A DNA stretch of 38,099 bases. It comes from a virus. Lineage: Duplodnaviria > Caudoviricetes. Shown one piece after another: positions 10,033-19,666 of the stretch. Position numbers and translations under genes: made by a program. Every line of letters begins with the position of its first letter. Position 1 is the first letter of the stretch. The notes beneath the pieces were generated by a model, which did not search any database, was not told the origin of the DNA, and worked only from the letters and a program-made list of their open reading frames with translations. The DNA lies in IMG/VR virus record IMGVR_UViG_3300042807_000304, positions 1 to 38,099 of that record. One strand, given 5' to 3'.

Positions 10033-11731
10033 CTGGTGCCTCCTCCTCGGCTACTGGAGTCTCTGTTGGCGTCTCTTCAGTTGCTGGCTGTGGACCCTTG
10101 AGTAGTCTCTCAAGCTCAGGAGGTATTGGTGCTATGGAATCGGCCTGCGACGCCATGCGCGCAGCCTTTATGATCTCTGGAGCAACCGCACCTAGCATCG
10201 CCTCGGTTAGCTCAGGAGTAATTGAGCCCTTCTCTACGAGTAGACGCAAGGCCAACTCTGTAGGTTCAGGTGCATCGGTCTCCGTGAAGCCGTGTGCGCG
10301 ACGCCATGTGTCCATTGAGACTGCCATGCGATCAAATCCGGCATCGGCATCTGCCGCGCGGTCATTTCTTGTGGCAACCTGGCTTGGGTCGTACCAAACG
10401 CAAACGCGTTCAACAACCGCTGGGTCAAACCCTGCGGAAAGTAGGTACGGGCGTAGGTACACAACGGTCAGTGCGTCTGAGATCAGAAGCATCAATGGCT
10501 CGATGTGTGCCTTGTATAGTGATTCATCAATTTGAAGAGCGTTCGAGTATTTCACGTTGGCAAGACCGGTTACTATATCCTTTGGAACATCAAGACCCTG
10601 AAGGATTCTTTCAAGTACTCGATCTGCACGTTGAGCCAGCGCAGGGTCGAACGAACGCTCAAACTTGAACTGCTTTATCTTGTCGCCAAGTTCGGCTGGA
10701 CCACGGATAATCAAAGGTACAACTGCGCTCGCTGAGTCCTCGTCGCGAATCGGAGTTGTCATCGCGTCCATAAGCTGATCCTCAAACTCGTCAGCTGCTT
10801 CCTCAGGGGTAAAGCCCGTGTTTAGATCCGAATCCTCATCATAAGGATAATCAGGATCTGGGCTACCCGCAACAGAAAGACCGTCTGGCAAGTAGAGAGC
10901 ACCAGCGTTTAGACGTGAACGTGCAGTTGCACGGAAGGTACGGTTGAGAAGTAGAAGCTCAGCGCAAAGATCTAGTAGACCGCGCATGCTTGAATCGGCT
11001 TCGTCAGAGAAGCGAGGGTGTGCCTTCCAGATACGTCCAACGAACGCACCCTTTGGAAGCTTGATGCCCTCCATGTTTGAGCCGCCGCCCATGCTGGTAC
11101 CTTGACCGCGTGGAGTAATTGTGTAGTTTGAGCGCTGATCAATCTGCAGCTCATCAACTGAGCGAATGTCCCAGCTCTCAGGTAAACCTGTACCGATGCG
11201 CTCGGGCATCTGCACGAGATAGCATTCACCTGCAACGGAAAGATTTAGTGCCGCGTCCTTGAGGAGACCAGCCTGGCCACCATACGCGGAATCAAGACGA
11301 ACAATTGCACGCTCTGCCGCGCTTGCAAGACGAGCGTCAACAAAGTCAGAGTTGCGGATTGGAACCGGAGGCTCAGATGGATCCTGAACGATTGCGGCAT
11401 AAAGACGAATACGAGAAACAACTGACGCGACAAGGTTAAACGCATATTTTACCTCGCCAATGGCGTCGTAGTATTCCCAGGCTTCAGACTGCCAAGAGTT
11501 TGAGCCATTTGCACGACGGGATCTAAAGCGCTCGGCTTCTCCCTTGTCGTTAATGATAATCTGTGATGCGGCTGCGGTAAGTGAGCGCGGTGCGCTATAC
11601 GCAGCTGGCGCGTAACCGTCACCTGTGTAAAGACGGGTTACCTCTGTTGTAAGCTTAGGCTGTTGACGAGCGGCGCGTCGTCGTGCGGCGCGGTTAGCAG
11701 GCTTTGACTCTTCGCGGCTGAATACACCCAC
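10013..11731 (-). CDS. Portal protein
   Basis: 572 aa. WQSEAWEYYDAIGEVKYAFNLVASVVSRIRLY resembles the N-terminus of actinophage portals. Lies downstream of terL with an AGGAG RBS. Confidence 0.85.
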   Translation of the reverse strand: MGVFSREESKPANRAARRRAARQQPKLTTEVTRLYTGDGYAPAAYSAPRSLTAAASQIIINDKGEAERFRSRRANGSNSWQSEAWEYYDAIGEVKYAFNLVASVVSRIRLYAAIVQDPSEPPVPIRNSDFVDARLASAAERAIVRLDSAYGGQAGLLKDAALNLSVAGECYLVQMPERIGTGLPESWDIRSVDELQIDQRSNYTITPRGQGTSMGGGSNMEGIKLPKGAFVGRIWKAHPRFSDEADSSMRGLLDLCAELLLLNRTFRATARSRLNAGALYLPDGLSVAGSPDPDYPYDEDSDLNTGFTPEEAADEFEDQLMDAMTTPIRDEDSASAVVPLIIRGPAELGDKIKQFKFERSFDPALAQRADRVLERILQGLDVPKDIVTGLANVKYSNALQIDESLYKAHIEPLMLLISDALTVVYLRPYLLSAGFDPAVVERVCVWYDPSQVATRNDRAADADAGFDRMAVSMDTWRRAHGFTETDAPEPTELALRLLVEKGSITPELTEAMLGAVAPEIIKAARMASQADSIAPIPPELERLLKGPQPATEETPTETPVAEEEAPGEQPTA

Positions 11732-11770
11732 GTTATTCTCCTCGTCCTTGTTTTACGGAACGGTCTATCA

Positions 11771-12073
11771 TTAGTGATCCAACCGTGCAGCAATGATACC
11801 GGCCAGAGCAGACAGGGCTAGGACAAGCGATGCCGCCATAGTAGGTACAGGTACAATAATAAATAGAAGTACAAGAAGTGATGCGACCCAGAACCCTACA
11901 CACCAATAACAGGTAATAAGGTAACCGATACCATGCGACGAGTTGTATCGGCTCCACACGGCCTCTCTCAGCCGCTCGGTAACCGTGTCCTCGATAATTA
12001 GGCGGGCAATTCGGTATGCCGCAAGTGCAAGTATGACTAGGTCAACCACGCTCATATTTAAAGTTGATTCCAT
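11771..12073 (-). CDS. DUF1360-like membrane protein
   Basis: LALAAYRIARLIIEDTVTERLR...GYLITCYWCVGFWVA; hydrophobic helices. Confidence 0.8.
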   Translation of the reverse strand: MESTLNMSVVDLVILALAAYRIARLIIEDTVTERLREAVWSRYNSSHGIGYLITCYWCVGFWVASLLVLLFIIVPVPTMAASLVLALSALAGIIAARLDH

Positions 12074-12084
12074 GTCTTCATCTC

Positions 12085-12453
12085 CTATTCAGTTGGATCC
12101 TTCGTTGAGTACAAGTGCTTGTACGGGTTCCACGAACGTAGGCGTGAGCCACAGCCGCAGTTTTCGTCCTTTGAGTAGACGAGCATCTTTCCGGACTTAG
12201 TAACGACGTACGAGTCCTCGGTCTTGACATTTGACTTATCAAAGGTCTCATACTGCTCGTTAAACAGGATCACGGGACCCTGTGGACCGTCGTGAGCAAC
12301 GATTACGCTTGTGTTGGTTATAACCACGCGTGTCTTTGTTAGGTTGTAGGTGTCGTCCATCGGTGGGTGACTTCTTAGATCAAAGACATTGGTATATGCT
12401 CCAGGAGCCGCAACCGTAAGGTGGGCTGGGAAGATATCGTGAACGATCTGCAT
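12085..12453 (-). CDS. Hypothetical protein with C-terminal CGCGSRLRSW motif
   Basis: TAATG coupling to the upstream gene. Confidence 0.75.
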   Translation of the reverse strand: MQIVHDIFPAHLTVAAPGAYTNVFDLRSHPPMDDTYNLTKTRVVITNTSVIVAHDGPQGPVILFNEQYETFDKSNVKTEDSYVVTKSGKMLVYSKDENCGCGSRLRSWNPYKHLYSTKDPTE

Positions 12454-12953
12454 TATCGCCCTAACCTTCGTGCCATCGCGCGGTACGTAACTCCGGCGGC
12501 CTCGGCAAGTTCCTTGACCGTCACGTTACTTTCAATAAGTGACATACATATTTCGGTTAATGAAAGATTGGCAATTGCCTCTGGTGTTGTGGCGTTCATC
12601 TTTGAGCGATAACGACGTGCCAACGGTGCAAGTGCCTTGATCTGCGTAAGTTCAGTTGGTGGAATACCAGGGCTCTTTGGTCGTCGTGAAACATAGCCGC
12701 GAGGTTTTAGCCTTGGCCTTGGAACGCTGGAGGCAATCTGAGGGTATTCTCCACGAACAGTGCGGTTTGCCCAGTAGCGAACTGTTGAGCGTCTCCTTGG
12801 CGGCGAGAACGCCTGTCCAATCGCGTCAAGAGTCCAACCTGCGTCATATAGGGCACGAATACGTGTATACAGTTCCTCGTCCCAAAGGGAATTTAGAACC
12901 GCAGCCTCTTCCACAGGCAGTGCCTGTTGTCGAGCGATTCTTCTCTCTTCCAT
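12453..12953 (-). CDS. Double helix-turn-helix DNA-binding protein (paralog of 15090-15686)
   Basis: GWTLDAIGQAF and VTVKELAEAAGVTYRAMARRL HTH motifs. Confidence 0.75.
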   Translation of the reverse strand: MEERRIARQQALPVEEAAVLNSLWDEELYTRIRALYDAGWTLDAIGQAFSPPRRRSTVRYWANRTVRGEYPQIASSVPRPRLKPRGYVSRRPKSPGIPPTELTQIKALAPLARRYRSKMNATTPEAIANLSLTEICMSLIESNVTVKELAEAAGVTYRAMARRLGR

Positions 12954-12990
12954 GTGTACAACGATAACACACTTTGTACTTTATATGTTG

Positions 12991-13062
12991 CTCCCTGCCA
13001 AGGATTCGAACCTCGAATAGCTGATCCAGAGTCAGCAGTGTTGCCAGTTACACCAACAGGGA
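12991..13062 (-). tRNA. tRNA-Gln(CUG), CCA not encoded
   Basis: Minus strand TCCCTGT..TGGTGTAACTGGCAACA..GCTGA CT-CTG-GA TCAGC..GGTTCGAATCC..GCAGGGA-G gives a full cloverleaf, followed by CAA. Confidence 0.93.
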
Positions 13063-13066
13063 ATTT

Positions 13067-14479
13067 TTACCGAACTCTAAATCCGCCATTGCCGCTACCA
13101 CCACGGAACAACGGTAGCTTGCGAGAAGCCATTGACTTGGCTGTGATCTTTCCGCCGAGGAATCCTTGCGGAGGTTTAATGAGAAGAGCCGTAAGGGCGT
13201 GAACAAGAGCGTCAACGCGGTCTGGTGACTTTGATGTTTCACCTGGGATCCAGCTGATCATCTGTGACTCAAGCTCCGCCATGTAGTTTACGTGGTGAAC
13301 GCGGTTCTGCTCGTAGGCAAGGGTGATCGGTTCTGCTCGAAGAGCCTTGCCGTACTTGGAGTGAACCTCCAAAACCTTTACAGTTGGATCAATGGTGTTG
13401 ATTGCGTTACGCACCAATGCTCCACCTTGGTTAACTTCCGCTACAACAGGTGCGCCCCACTTGCGAGCCATCTGCACAACCTTATTTGCCCAAACATCAG
13501 GAGAACCGTGAACCGATGCGTCCTCAAGAACCCACGCGTTTCTCTTATACAGATCTCGCTCACCGGTTGAGGCACAAACAACAATTCCACACTCGTCTCG
13601 TGGATTTTCAGCTACCGATGGGTCAACGCCAATAACGCGTAGAGGTGTTCCCATTGGAAGTTGTGATTCACGACCACGGTCAATAAGTTCAGGCACCCAC
13701 AAGGCACCTTCAACGTCCGAGAGCATCTCACCGTAGAGTTCCTGCTGCGCTAGACGTGTACCTTCGTACACGCCCATGATTGCCTCCATATAGGCATTGG
13801 ACAGGTTTCCACGGTTATCCATTGTTGAACCCTTGGTAACGATTACCTTGCCAGGATTCTTTGTGCTCTCCGCGATAAGGGCATAGAGAAGCGGAACACG
13901 CTTAGGTGTGGTGGTAACAAGGATCTTTGGCTTTTGCCCAAGACGTGTACCAACGCGTAAGTTATCAAATGCGGTCATACCTGCAGCATCTGGAGTTTGA
14001 CGCCAGGCAGCAACCTCGTCACCCCAGGCGTGCGTGAACTGCGGACCACGGAGAGAATCAGGCTCATCTGCGGTGAACAAAGTCGCCGTGTTTCCGTTCG
14101 GCCATGTTAGACGACGTTTCGATGGTTCGTAGTGAGGTCGTTCGCTAGGCGGTGAAACATTGATGATGCCCGACTCACCTTCTACAATAACATCGCGGAC
14201 GTCAGCTGCAGTTCTTGCCACCAGGGCAAAACGACGTTGTCCAGTGTTTGTATACTTGGCTTGTTCCCTTACCCACTCTGCGGCGGTTCTTGTCTTACCA
14301 AAACCACGACCTGCAAGTAGGAGCCAAAGGTTCCAGTCATCTCCAGGTGGAGCCTGCTGCTCTGGTCTTCCCCAGAACGTCCAGTCCCACTGTAAGGTCT
14401 CGGGATCAAACCCTTGAAGTATCTCGCGCTGCTCGTCCTGCGGCAGCATTGCGATTGTCTCGGCGAGTGATTTACCCAA
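13067..14479 (-). CDS. terL: Terminase large subunit
   Basis: Walker A AGRGFGKT, Walker B AWGDE, coupling motif TTTP, nuclease IGVDP...SPDRVDAL. Confidence 0.95.
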   Translation of the reverse strand: MGKSLAETIAMLPQDEQREILQGFDPETLQWDWTFWGRPEQQAPPGDDWNLWLLLAGRGFGKTRTAAEWVREQAKYTNTGQRRFALVARTAADVRDVIVEGESGIINVSPPSERPHYEPSKRRLTWPNGNTATLFTADEPDSLRGPQFTHAWGDEVAAWRQTPDAAGMTAFDNLRVGTRLGQKPKILVTTTPKRVPLLYALIAESTKNPGKVIVTKGSTMDNRGNLSNAYMEAIMGVYEGTRLAQQELYGEMLSDVEGALWVPELIDRGRESQLPMGTPLRVIGVDPSVAENPRDECGIVVCASTGERDLYKRNAWVLEDASVHGSPDVWANKVVQMARKWGAPVVAEVNQGGALVRNAINTIDPTVKVLEVHSKYGKALRAEPITLAYEQNRVHHVNYMAELESQMISWIPGETSKSPDRVDALVHALTALLIKPPQGFLGGKITAKSMASRKLPLFRGGSGNGGFRVR

Positions 14480-14990
14480 CTTTAATCTCCTGTGGCATCA
14501 TGTCTGAGAAGTCGGCGGGGTAGTCCGCGCCTGGAGTCCACATCTTAAACTGTCGAACGTCTGAGGTATACACGTTACTTCCTCCGGTAATTCTTACTTG
14601 AACAGCAACAGGGTACTTTGTAGTTATGGTCCAGCACTGTGAGCCAACCCACTGGCTTCCCGGCTTTGACGTCACGGGATAGATATTCGTTGCGGTGGTG
14701 TCGTTCTTGCCAGGCTTGATCCTGGTAAACCTAACCTTGACGTACTTAGGCTTCTTCTTGCCCTTCATGTCAAGCGCGACCTGGTAGCAAAACAAGGATC
14801 TCTTACCGTTGCCCTTGATTGTTGTCTTGCCGTTAAAGCTAAGGGTTGTCCACGTGTTCTTCTTGATGGTCTGTCCATGCGTGGACTTATACCGAATCGT
14901 GTCGTCCGCAACCGCAGGTGGAGACGCAATAACGCTCATTGACGCAACAACGTTGGTTGCAATAACCTTCTTAAACAAGCTTCTATTCAT
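14472..14990 (-). CDS. Basic hypothetical protein with signal-peptide-like N-terminus
   Basis: N-terminal K/R, hydrophobic stretch and AVA-D site; overlaps the terL start. Confidence 0.7.
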   Translation of the reverse strand: MNRSLFKKVIATNVVASMSVIASPPAVADDTIRYKSTHGQTIKKNTWTTLSFNGKTTIKGNGKRSLFCYQVALDMKGKKKPKYVKVRFTRIKPGKNDTTATNIYPVTSKPGSQWVGSQCWTITTKYPVAVQVRITGGSNVYTSDVRQFKMWTPGADYPADFSDMMPQEIKVG

Positions 14991-15089
14991 TTACCGTTCC
15001 GTCCATCTTGATCTCTCCTGGTTCGCAGAAGATGCAGTACTCTCCGTCGCGGTGAACGTTTTGCGTTCCGCAGTCAGGGCACTTAAACA

Positions 15090-15686
15090 TTATTCCTCGA
15101 CTGGGTGCGGTGACGAGTAGCTGTCTAGACGGTTTTGCTGAAGGATCGGCGTGTACGCCTTGGACTCCGCGGAAATTGCCTGCTTGTATCCGTAACGCAC
15201 AAGACGGAAGCGTAATGCTCCATGTGTAACGCCAAGACGCTTTGCAAGACGGTAAAGGGTCACACCCTCAACGGTGTGGGCATGATTTATAAGCCAGGTG
15301 TATTCCTCGGCCTCCTCGCGGTACTTGGTGCCGTATGAGCGTACCTGTTGCGCGAAAGGCTGGAGTTCTAGTAGACGTGAAAGAGTCTCGGGGGTAGGCT
15401 CGACATACTTCTGCGAGGCAGGAACCTTTTCCTCATACTTTGGTGGCTCAGGCAAAGGATAACCATTGATGGCAACGCGTAAAGCCTCGGCCATCGGGAT
15501 ACCTGACTCAATTTGGCGAACACGCTCACGTGTTACACCAGAAACTGCGGCGATGGACTCGAGTGTCCAACCTCGCTCGCGTAGTGCCTTCATGTAGGCA
15601 TTGCGGTCACGATCTGCGGTGATCGTAGAGAACTGATCAAGTACTTCCTGCGGAAGTGTTATGTTGTGCTTCTTGTATTTTGCCAT
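15090..15686 (-). CDS. HTH DNA-binding protein with sigma70 region-4-like motif
   Basis: GWTLESIAAVSGVTRERVRQIE; second HTH VTLYRLAKRLGVTHGAL. Confidence 0.8.
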   Translation of the reverse strand: MAKYKKHNITLPQEVLDQFSTITADRDRNAYMKALRERGWTLESIAAVSGVTRERVRQIESGIPMAEALRVAINGYPLPEPPKYEEKVPASQKYVEPTPETLSRLLELQPFAQQVRSYGTKYREEAEEYTWLINHAHTVEGVTLYRLAKRLGVTHGALRFRLVRYGYKQAISAESKAYTPILQQNRLDSYSSPHPVEE

Positions 15687-15742
15687 GGCTGAATTGTATC
15701 ACGTAGGTGCGACATTTACGGAGTCCATGGTATATTTACGAC

Positions 15743-16324
15743 ATGAGTAATTTTCCAGATTGGTTCGGTAGGGTCCAGCCAGTATTTGAGCGATACCTAG
15801 ACGAGTACCGTGGACAGGACAACCTACTTTTTCTCCAGATCGGCGCATATACGGGAGACGCCTCCGAGTGGCTATGCCGCGAGATCTTGACGAGCCGCAG
15901 CTCTATACTCGTGGACGTTGATACCTGGCAGGGGTCTGACGAGGAAGCTCACAAGCGCATCGACTTCAACGAGGTTGAAGCCTATTATGACGAGCGCATG
16001 AAGCCATACCCACGAGCTATCAAGTGCAAGGCACGCTCGTCTGACTACCTAATTGCGGCTGAAAAAGAGAACTTTGACTTTATATACGTCGACGGTGATC
16101 ACACCGCCGCGGCTGTGATTGAGGACGCGATACTTGGGTGGCGCGCACTCAAACCGGGAGGGATCATCGCGTTTGATGACTATCGCTGGTCTCACCCGAA
16201 AAAGGACGAGCGCTACAAGCCACTTCCTGCGATTGACTTCTTTATAAACTACTATGTGCTTCGGGAGAATTGTTTCATCTACCCCGTTGACAACCTCGAA
16301 CAGGTGTGGATCAAAAAGCTCTAG
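15743..16324 (+). CDS. Class I SAM-dependent methyltransferase (Methyltransf_24-like)
   Basis: LQIGAYTGD, VDTWQGS, FDFIYVDGDH, LKPGGIIAFDDY. ATG 15743 lies 6 nt after TGgTATATT. Confidence 0.88.
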   Translation: MSNFPDWFGRVQPVFERYLDEYRGQDNLLFLQIGAYTGDASEWLCREILTSRSSILVDVDTWQGSDEEAHKRIDFNEVEAYYDERMKPYPRAIKCKARSSDYLIAAEKENFDFIYVDGDHTAAAVIEDAILGWRALKPGGIIAFDDYRWSHPKKDERYKPLPAIDFFINYYVLRENCFIYPVDNLEQVWIKKL

Positions 16325-16621
16325 CGCTGTGATCTTGTGTACAAACTGACAACGAACAGTACGTTTACGTTTTTTGCCTTGGGCGTGAGAGAGCGCTGCG
16401 CCTATATCGGGAGCAGTGCAGAAGTGTCTCGAGCAGAAAAATGGTTTTTCTAAGATCTTGTGATTTCTTAGCGCGAGCAAGCTGGCAGGCACCTGCTTGC
16501 TAATTTTTTGCTGTCAGGCAGGCAGGCAACAATTATTTTTTTTTATTCTTACTGGGGTGTACAGACTGGAGTCTACCTGTTATAATAGTAATGATGTAGT
16601 GACATAACGACGAGGAGTGAC

Positions 16622-16912
16622 ATGACTGAACATATCTACTATGCGATTGGGTACAACTATCAGAAGCCTACAGAATGGTTTGCTGGTACTCATAAGGAAG
16701 CATTGAATGTCTTTGGCGAAGCTGTCATTGAGAACAAGACAAGCAGAGTACGAGTTCTTGTAGAAGTCTACAGTGTAGATGATGATAGCAATGATGACGA
16801 ACACGTGTGCGAACGAGGTTGCCCTCTGCATTTAGCTGGCAAACATGTATGGACCTATAAAGGCTGGGAAGTCCCAGCATGGATGCGTAAGGTAGCAGCC
16901 AAGGTTTCATAA
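16622..16912 (+). CDS. Hypothetical protein (inverted promoter-RBS-gene cassette)
   Basis: Preceded by the only plus-strand promoter copy and ACGACGAGGAG. Confidence 0.8.
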   Translation: MTEHIYYAIGYNYQKPTEWFAGTHKEALNVFGEAVIENKTSRVRVLVEVYSVDDDSNDDEHVCERGCPLHLAGKHVWTYKGWEVPAWMRKVAAKVS

Positions 16913-16917
16913 AGGAA

Positions 16918-16947
16918 GAAGCCCCCTGGCTAACGCCAAGGGGCTTC
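16918..16947 (-). terminator. Intrinsic terminator between convergent genes
   Basis: gaagcccc-ctggc-taac-gccaa-ggggcttc hairpin. Confidence 0.75.
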
Positions 16948-16961
16948 CTACCTGTAAGGGT

Positions 16962-17405
16962 TTAGTCTGTATTGACCCGCACGTTAGGGTCACCCGCAAA
17001 GATGCCCTCAATTGTTTTAGCATTCATCAAGCCTGTAGGCTCAACCTTGTTATCCTTTTGCCAAGCCTCAACAGCAAGCTTGGTTAGGTCACCGTACCAG
17101 CCATCGCGGTCTGCCGCAGCATCCGAATAACCTAGCTCAGCAAGGCGACGCTGTAGGTGATGAATCGTAAGACTCTTGCGAGCCCTAGGGTTCTTGAATA
17201 CGGCTTGCTTTAGGAACACGTCGTCCTTATCCTTACCGCTTACAACGTGCGTAGCTGCCGCACTGGTTGTACGTGGCTTAGGCTTAGGCTCCTCAACGAT
17301 AGCTGGTTCAGCTACCACAGCAACAGGTTCCTCAACAATTACCGCAGGTGTTTCATCCTCGACGGCAGTAGCCTCAAGGTTATCTGTGTTTTCGCGTTCA
17401 TTCAT
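16962..17405 (-). CDS. Peptidoglycan-binding domain protein (PG_binding_1-like)
   Basis: LQRRLAELGY..DGWYGDLTKLAVEAWQKDNKVEPTG. Confidence 0.85.
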   Translation of the reverse strand: MNERENTDNLEATAVEDETPAVIVEEPVAVVAEPAIVEEPKPKPRTTSAAATHVVSGKDKDDVFLKQAVFKNPRARKSLTIHHLQRRLAELGYSDAAADRDGWYGDLTKLAVEAWQKDNKVEPTGLMNAKTIEGIFAGDPNVRVNTD

Positions 17406-17427
17406 AGTTGATAATTTATCCTACTTC

Positions 17428-18057
17428 CTATTTCCCGACTCCAGGGTACTGGTCATACCACTTCATGATGGTCGACTCTCCCGCACCTGATCGGTATGCG
17501 TTAGGTCCAATACCCCACGCACCAAAGTCGCTCCCTCGCCCACTCATGTGGTAGGCAATCTCAGCGTTGCGTAGCGGATTGAACAGCTCGGTGTTTGATG
17601 CTAGATCAAACTTCTCACGACGGTCCGCGCCTAGGGAACCGATCATGTTTATCTGGAATAACCCGTGCGAGTTATCGCCTGTATTGGCATTGCCGTTATG
17701 CGCCTTCGGACGAGCTGTCGACTCGCGCATGACAAGTGCCCAGGCTATCTTGTGGGACTTCCCTTCGAAGCCCACCAGGGTAAGCAGCTCAGCGAGCTCC
17801 TTGCCTGTTAGCGGTTCGCGCTTGTTGGCGAAGTAGGCTTCCCTACTTTCCCTTGAGCGTGATGCCTTTTCTGCTGTCGCAACTGATCTCTGCGCAAGCA
17901 GGCGATTAGTTTCGGCATTTGTTATTGCTGTTAGTTCGGATTCCGCCTTAGCAGTTTCCATTGTTGTTAGTTGTACCGCAGCTACTGATGATACCACCAA
18001 TAGTGTAACCGCGTAAGCTACTGACGTCAGTGCTAGTCTTTTTGGAGAACTTCGCAT
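17428..18057 (-). CDS. Secreted or anchored lytic transglycosylase (SLT/lysozyme-like)
   Basis: N-terminal hydrophobic helix; ALVMRES (catalytic Glu), GLFQIN, LFNPLRNA. Confidence 0.85.
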   Translation of the reverse strand: MRSSPKRLALTSVAYAVTLLVVSSVAAVQLTTMETAKAESELTAITNAETNRLLAQRSVATAEKASRSRESREAYFANKREPLTGKELAELLTLVGFEGKSHKIAWALVMRESTARPKAHNGNANTGDNSHGLFQINMIGSLGADRREKFDLASNTELFNPLRNAEIAYHMSGRGSDFGAWGIGPNAYRSGAGESTIMKWYDQYPGVGK

Positions 18058-18109
18058 TGCTAGTTCGCCTCCTTAGGTAGGGGACAGGGACAGAAAGAGA
18101 TTTCGCCAT

Positions 18110-18511
18110 TTACGACTTATACTCTTCCAGTGTTTGCATAGAAGATTCCTCCCAGGCCTTGTCTGCCTTACGACGCATTGCATGAGCTTCCTCATCCTCT
18201 GCGTCCAGCATCGTGGCCCACACCTTTCCCAGTGTGTGTGCAAACGTCTTTCCTCGGGTTACCGCAACCTGTGATTTGAAGTTGGGGTAATCGAGAAACT
18301 TGATTGATTCGCTGACCCATGAATCGAAGTCAGCCTTGTGAATGATTACGCGGTATGGGTAATCGGAATACGCGTTGGTCGTGATTTCAACCTGGTGCTT
18401 GGCCTCAATTGGCTCAAGGCTTTGTCTATCGCGCGCGCGAACAACCAATAGGTCTGGGTTGTCCCGGTGTTGAACAGCGGATACGAATCCGGTCTCAGTA
18501 AATAGCCACAT
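18110..18511 (-). CDS. Conserved phage hypothetical (MWLFTETGFVSAV...VRAR...DYPYR...DYPNFK)
   Basis: Start moved to ATG 18511 behind GAAAGGA. Confidence 0.8.
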   Translation of the reverse strand: MWLFTETGFVSAVQHRDNPDLLVVRARDRQSLEPIEAKHQVEITTNAYSDYPYRVIIHKADFDSWVSESIKFLDYPNFKSQVAVTRGKTFAHTLGKVWATMLDAEDEEAHAMRRKADKAWEESSMQTLEEYKS

Positions 18512-18577
18512 GTGTCTTTCGTCCTTTCGTAATTTGGATACTGTAACAGGCATCTGCCTGTTTTTTAACTAGCTCGG

Positions 18578-18760
18578 CTAGTTGACGTCTAATGTGACGC
18601 CCTCGGGTAATTGGGTTAGAGCTTCATCGACTACATCCTCATAGCCCTCTTCCCAAAGAAGCTTGGACGCGTATCGAGCCGCGTCCGGTGAAACATACTG
18701 CACAATGGCAGCTTGGCCACCGCGCATTCCGGTGAGCTTGTAAGCAACTACATCGTCCAT
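18578..18760 (-). CDS. Hypothetical protein
   Basis: ATG 18760 with AAAGGTGG RBS; TGATACAAT upstream. Confidence 0.7.
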   Translation of the reverse strand: MDDVVAYKLTGMRGGQAAIVQYVSPDAARYASKLLWEEGYEDVVDEALTQLPEGVTLDVN

Positions 18761-18804
18761 GGTTCCACCTTTCGTGTATGTAGAAATTGTATCATCTGAC
18801 CCTC

Positions 18805-19374
18805 CTACTTCCCGAACTTCTTGCGGCACTCTGGGCCAAGCTGAAGCTCACGGCTCTTTGGGTCTGTTAGTTCAGCTCCACAGCTACCGCAGCAGCTGTA
18901 GATCTTGCCAAACTCACGGGCGTACTTGTATGGGTCCTGCGCGATGTGGTTCGCAATCAGGATGGCGTCGTCATTTGCCACGCGAGAACGGGTAAAACCG
19001 CCCAGTGAGCCGTGCAAACGGCGCATGTATAGATTTCCCATGTACTCACGGATTTCAATGAACAGGTAATCGCCTGTAAGCTTGGTTGACGCGAGGCTGA
19101 TGTCCAGCTCCTCGTTGGCGATTGCGTACTTAGATTTAGGTGCACCAGAAAGTGCTTCCTGAAGCTTGGTTCCCGCGCTACCTGGGACCTTTGTTGCGGC
19201 CTTTGGGAGCTTTAGCAGAACGTCGATGAGGTTCGATGCTGCCTTGCGGTCCATTAGAGCTAGTGCCGCACGGAATCCGGTGCGTGCCTCAGCTTCAAGC
19301 TCACGCTCATCAAGTAGTGAGTTGATAAAGGCTACCTGCTTCTCGCTAGGACCAAATAATGTCGCTGTTGTCAT
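18805..19374 (-). CDS. DUF6011-like Zn-binding protein
   Basis: C-terminal CGSCGAELTDPKSRELQLGPEC. Confidence 0.8.
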   Translation of the reverse strand: MTTATLFGPSEKQVAFINSLLDERELEAEARTGFRAALALMDRKAASNLIDVLLKLPKAATKVPGSAGTKLQEALSGAPKSKYAIANEELDISLASTKLTGDYLFIEIREYMGNLYMRRLHGSLGGFTRSRVANDDAILIANHIAQDPYKYAREFGKIYSCCGSCGAELTDPKSRELQLGPECRKKFGK

Positions 19375-19541
19375 TTTGTCTCCTTCTTGTTTACCTTGTC
19401 CGCCCAGCGGCGGGTGGTTTCCTCGAACTGGGCAAGAAAACCAAGCGCAAACATGCGCTGAGTGTGCTCGACCTTAGCTCGGTTCTTGCTTGACCCTGGC
19501 TTTGCGGCCTTTAGGACCTTGCGTGGTACGTATAGACTCAT
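19371..19541 (-). CDS. 56 aa hypothetical (MSLYVPRKVLK...)
   Basis: Manual ORF; AAGGAG RBS behind promoter 19567; ATGA overlap with the next gene. Confidence 0.75.
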   Translation of the reverse strand: MSLYVPRKVLKAAKPGSSKNRAKVEHTQRMFALGFLAQFEETTRRWADKVNKKETK

Positions 19542-19610
19542 TTGGTTCTCCTTCCTGTTGATAGTTCTATTATATCAGGTAGGTTCGAAGATTTGGAGTA
19601 TTTACATGAA

Positions 19611-19664
19611 TTAGCCCCGCCCCTAGCCCAATGAACAAGAAAGGAAGGCTAGGGACAGGGCTAA
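19611..19664 (-). terminator. 18 bp stem hairpin with 18 nt pyrimidine-rich loop (UUCCUUUCUUGUUCAUUG)
   Basis: ttagccccgcccctagcc ... ggctagggacagggctaa; G-U pairs fit the minus strand. Confidence 0.75.
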
Positions 19665-19666
19665 AC

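Noticed and set aside
12991-13062. Suppressor tRNA/stop recoding, or attP/attB site
   Set aside because: The anticodon is CUG, not CUA. TAG is used as a normal stop (e.g. 16324, 30936). No integrase or duplicated tRNA end is seen.
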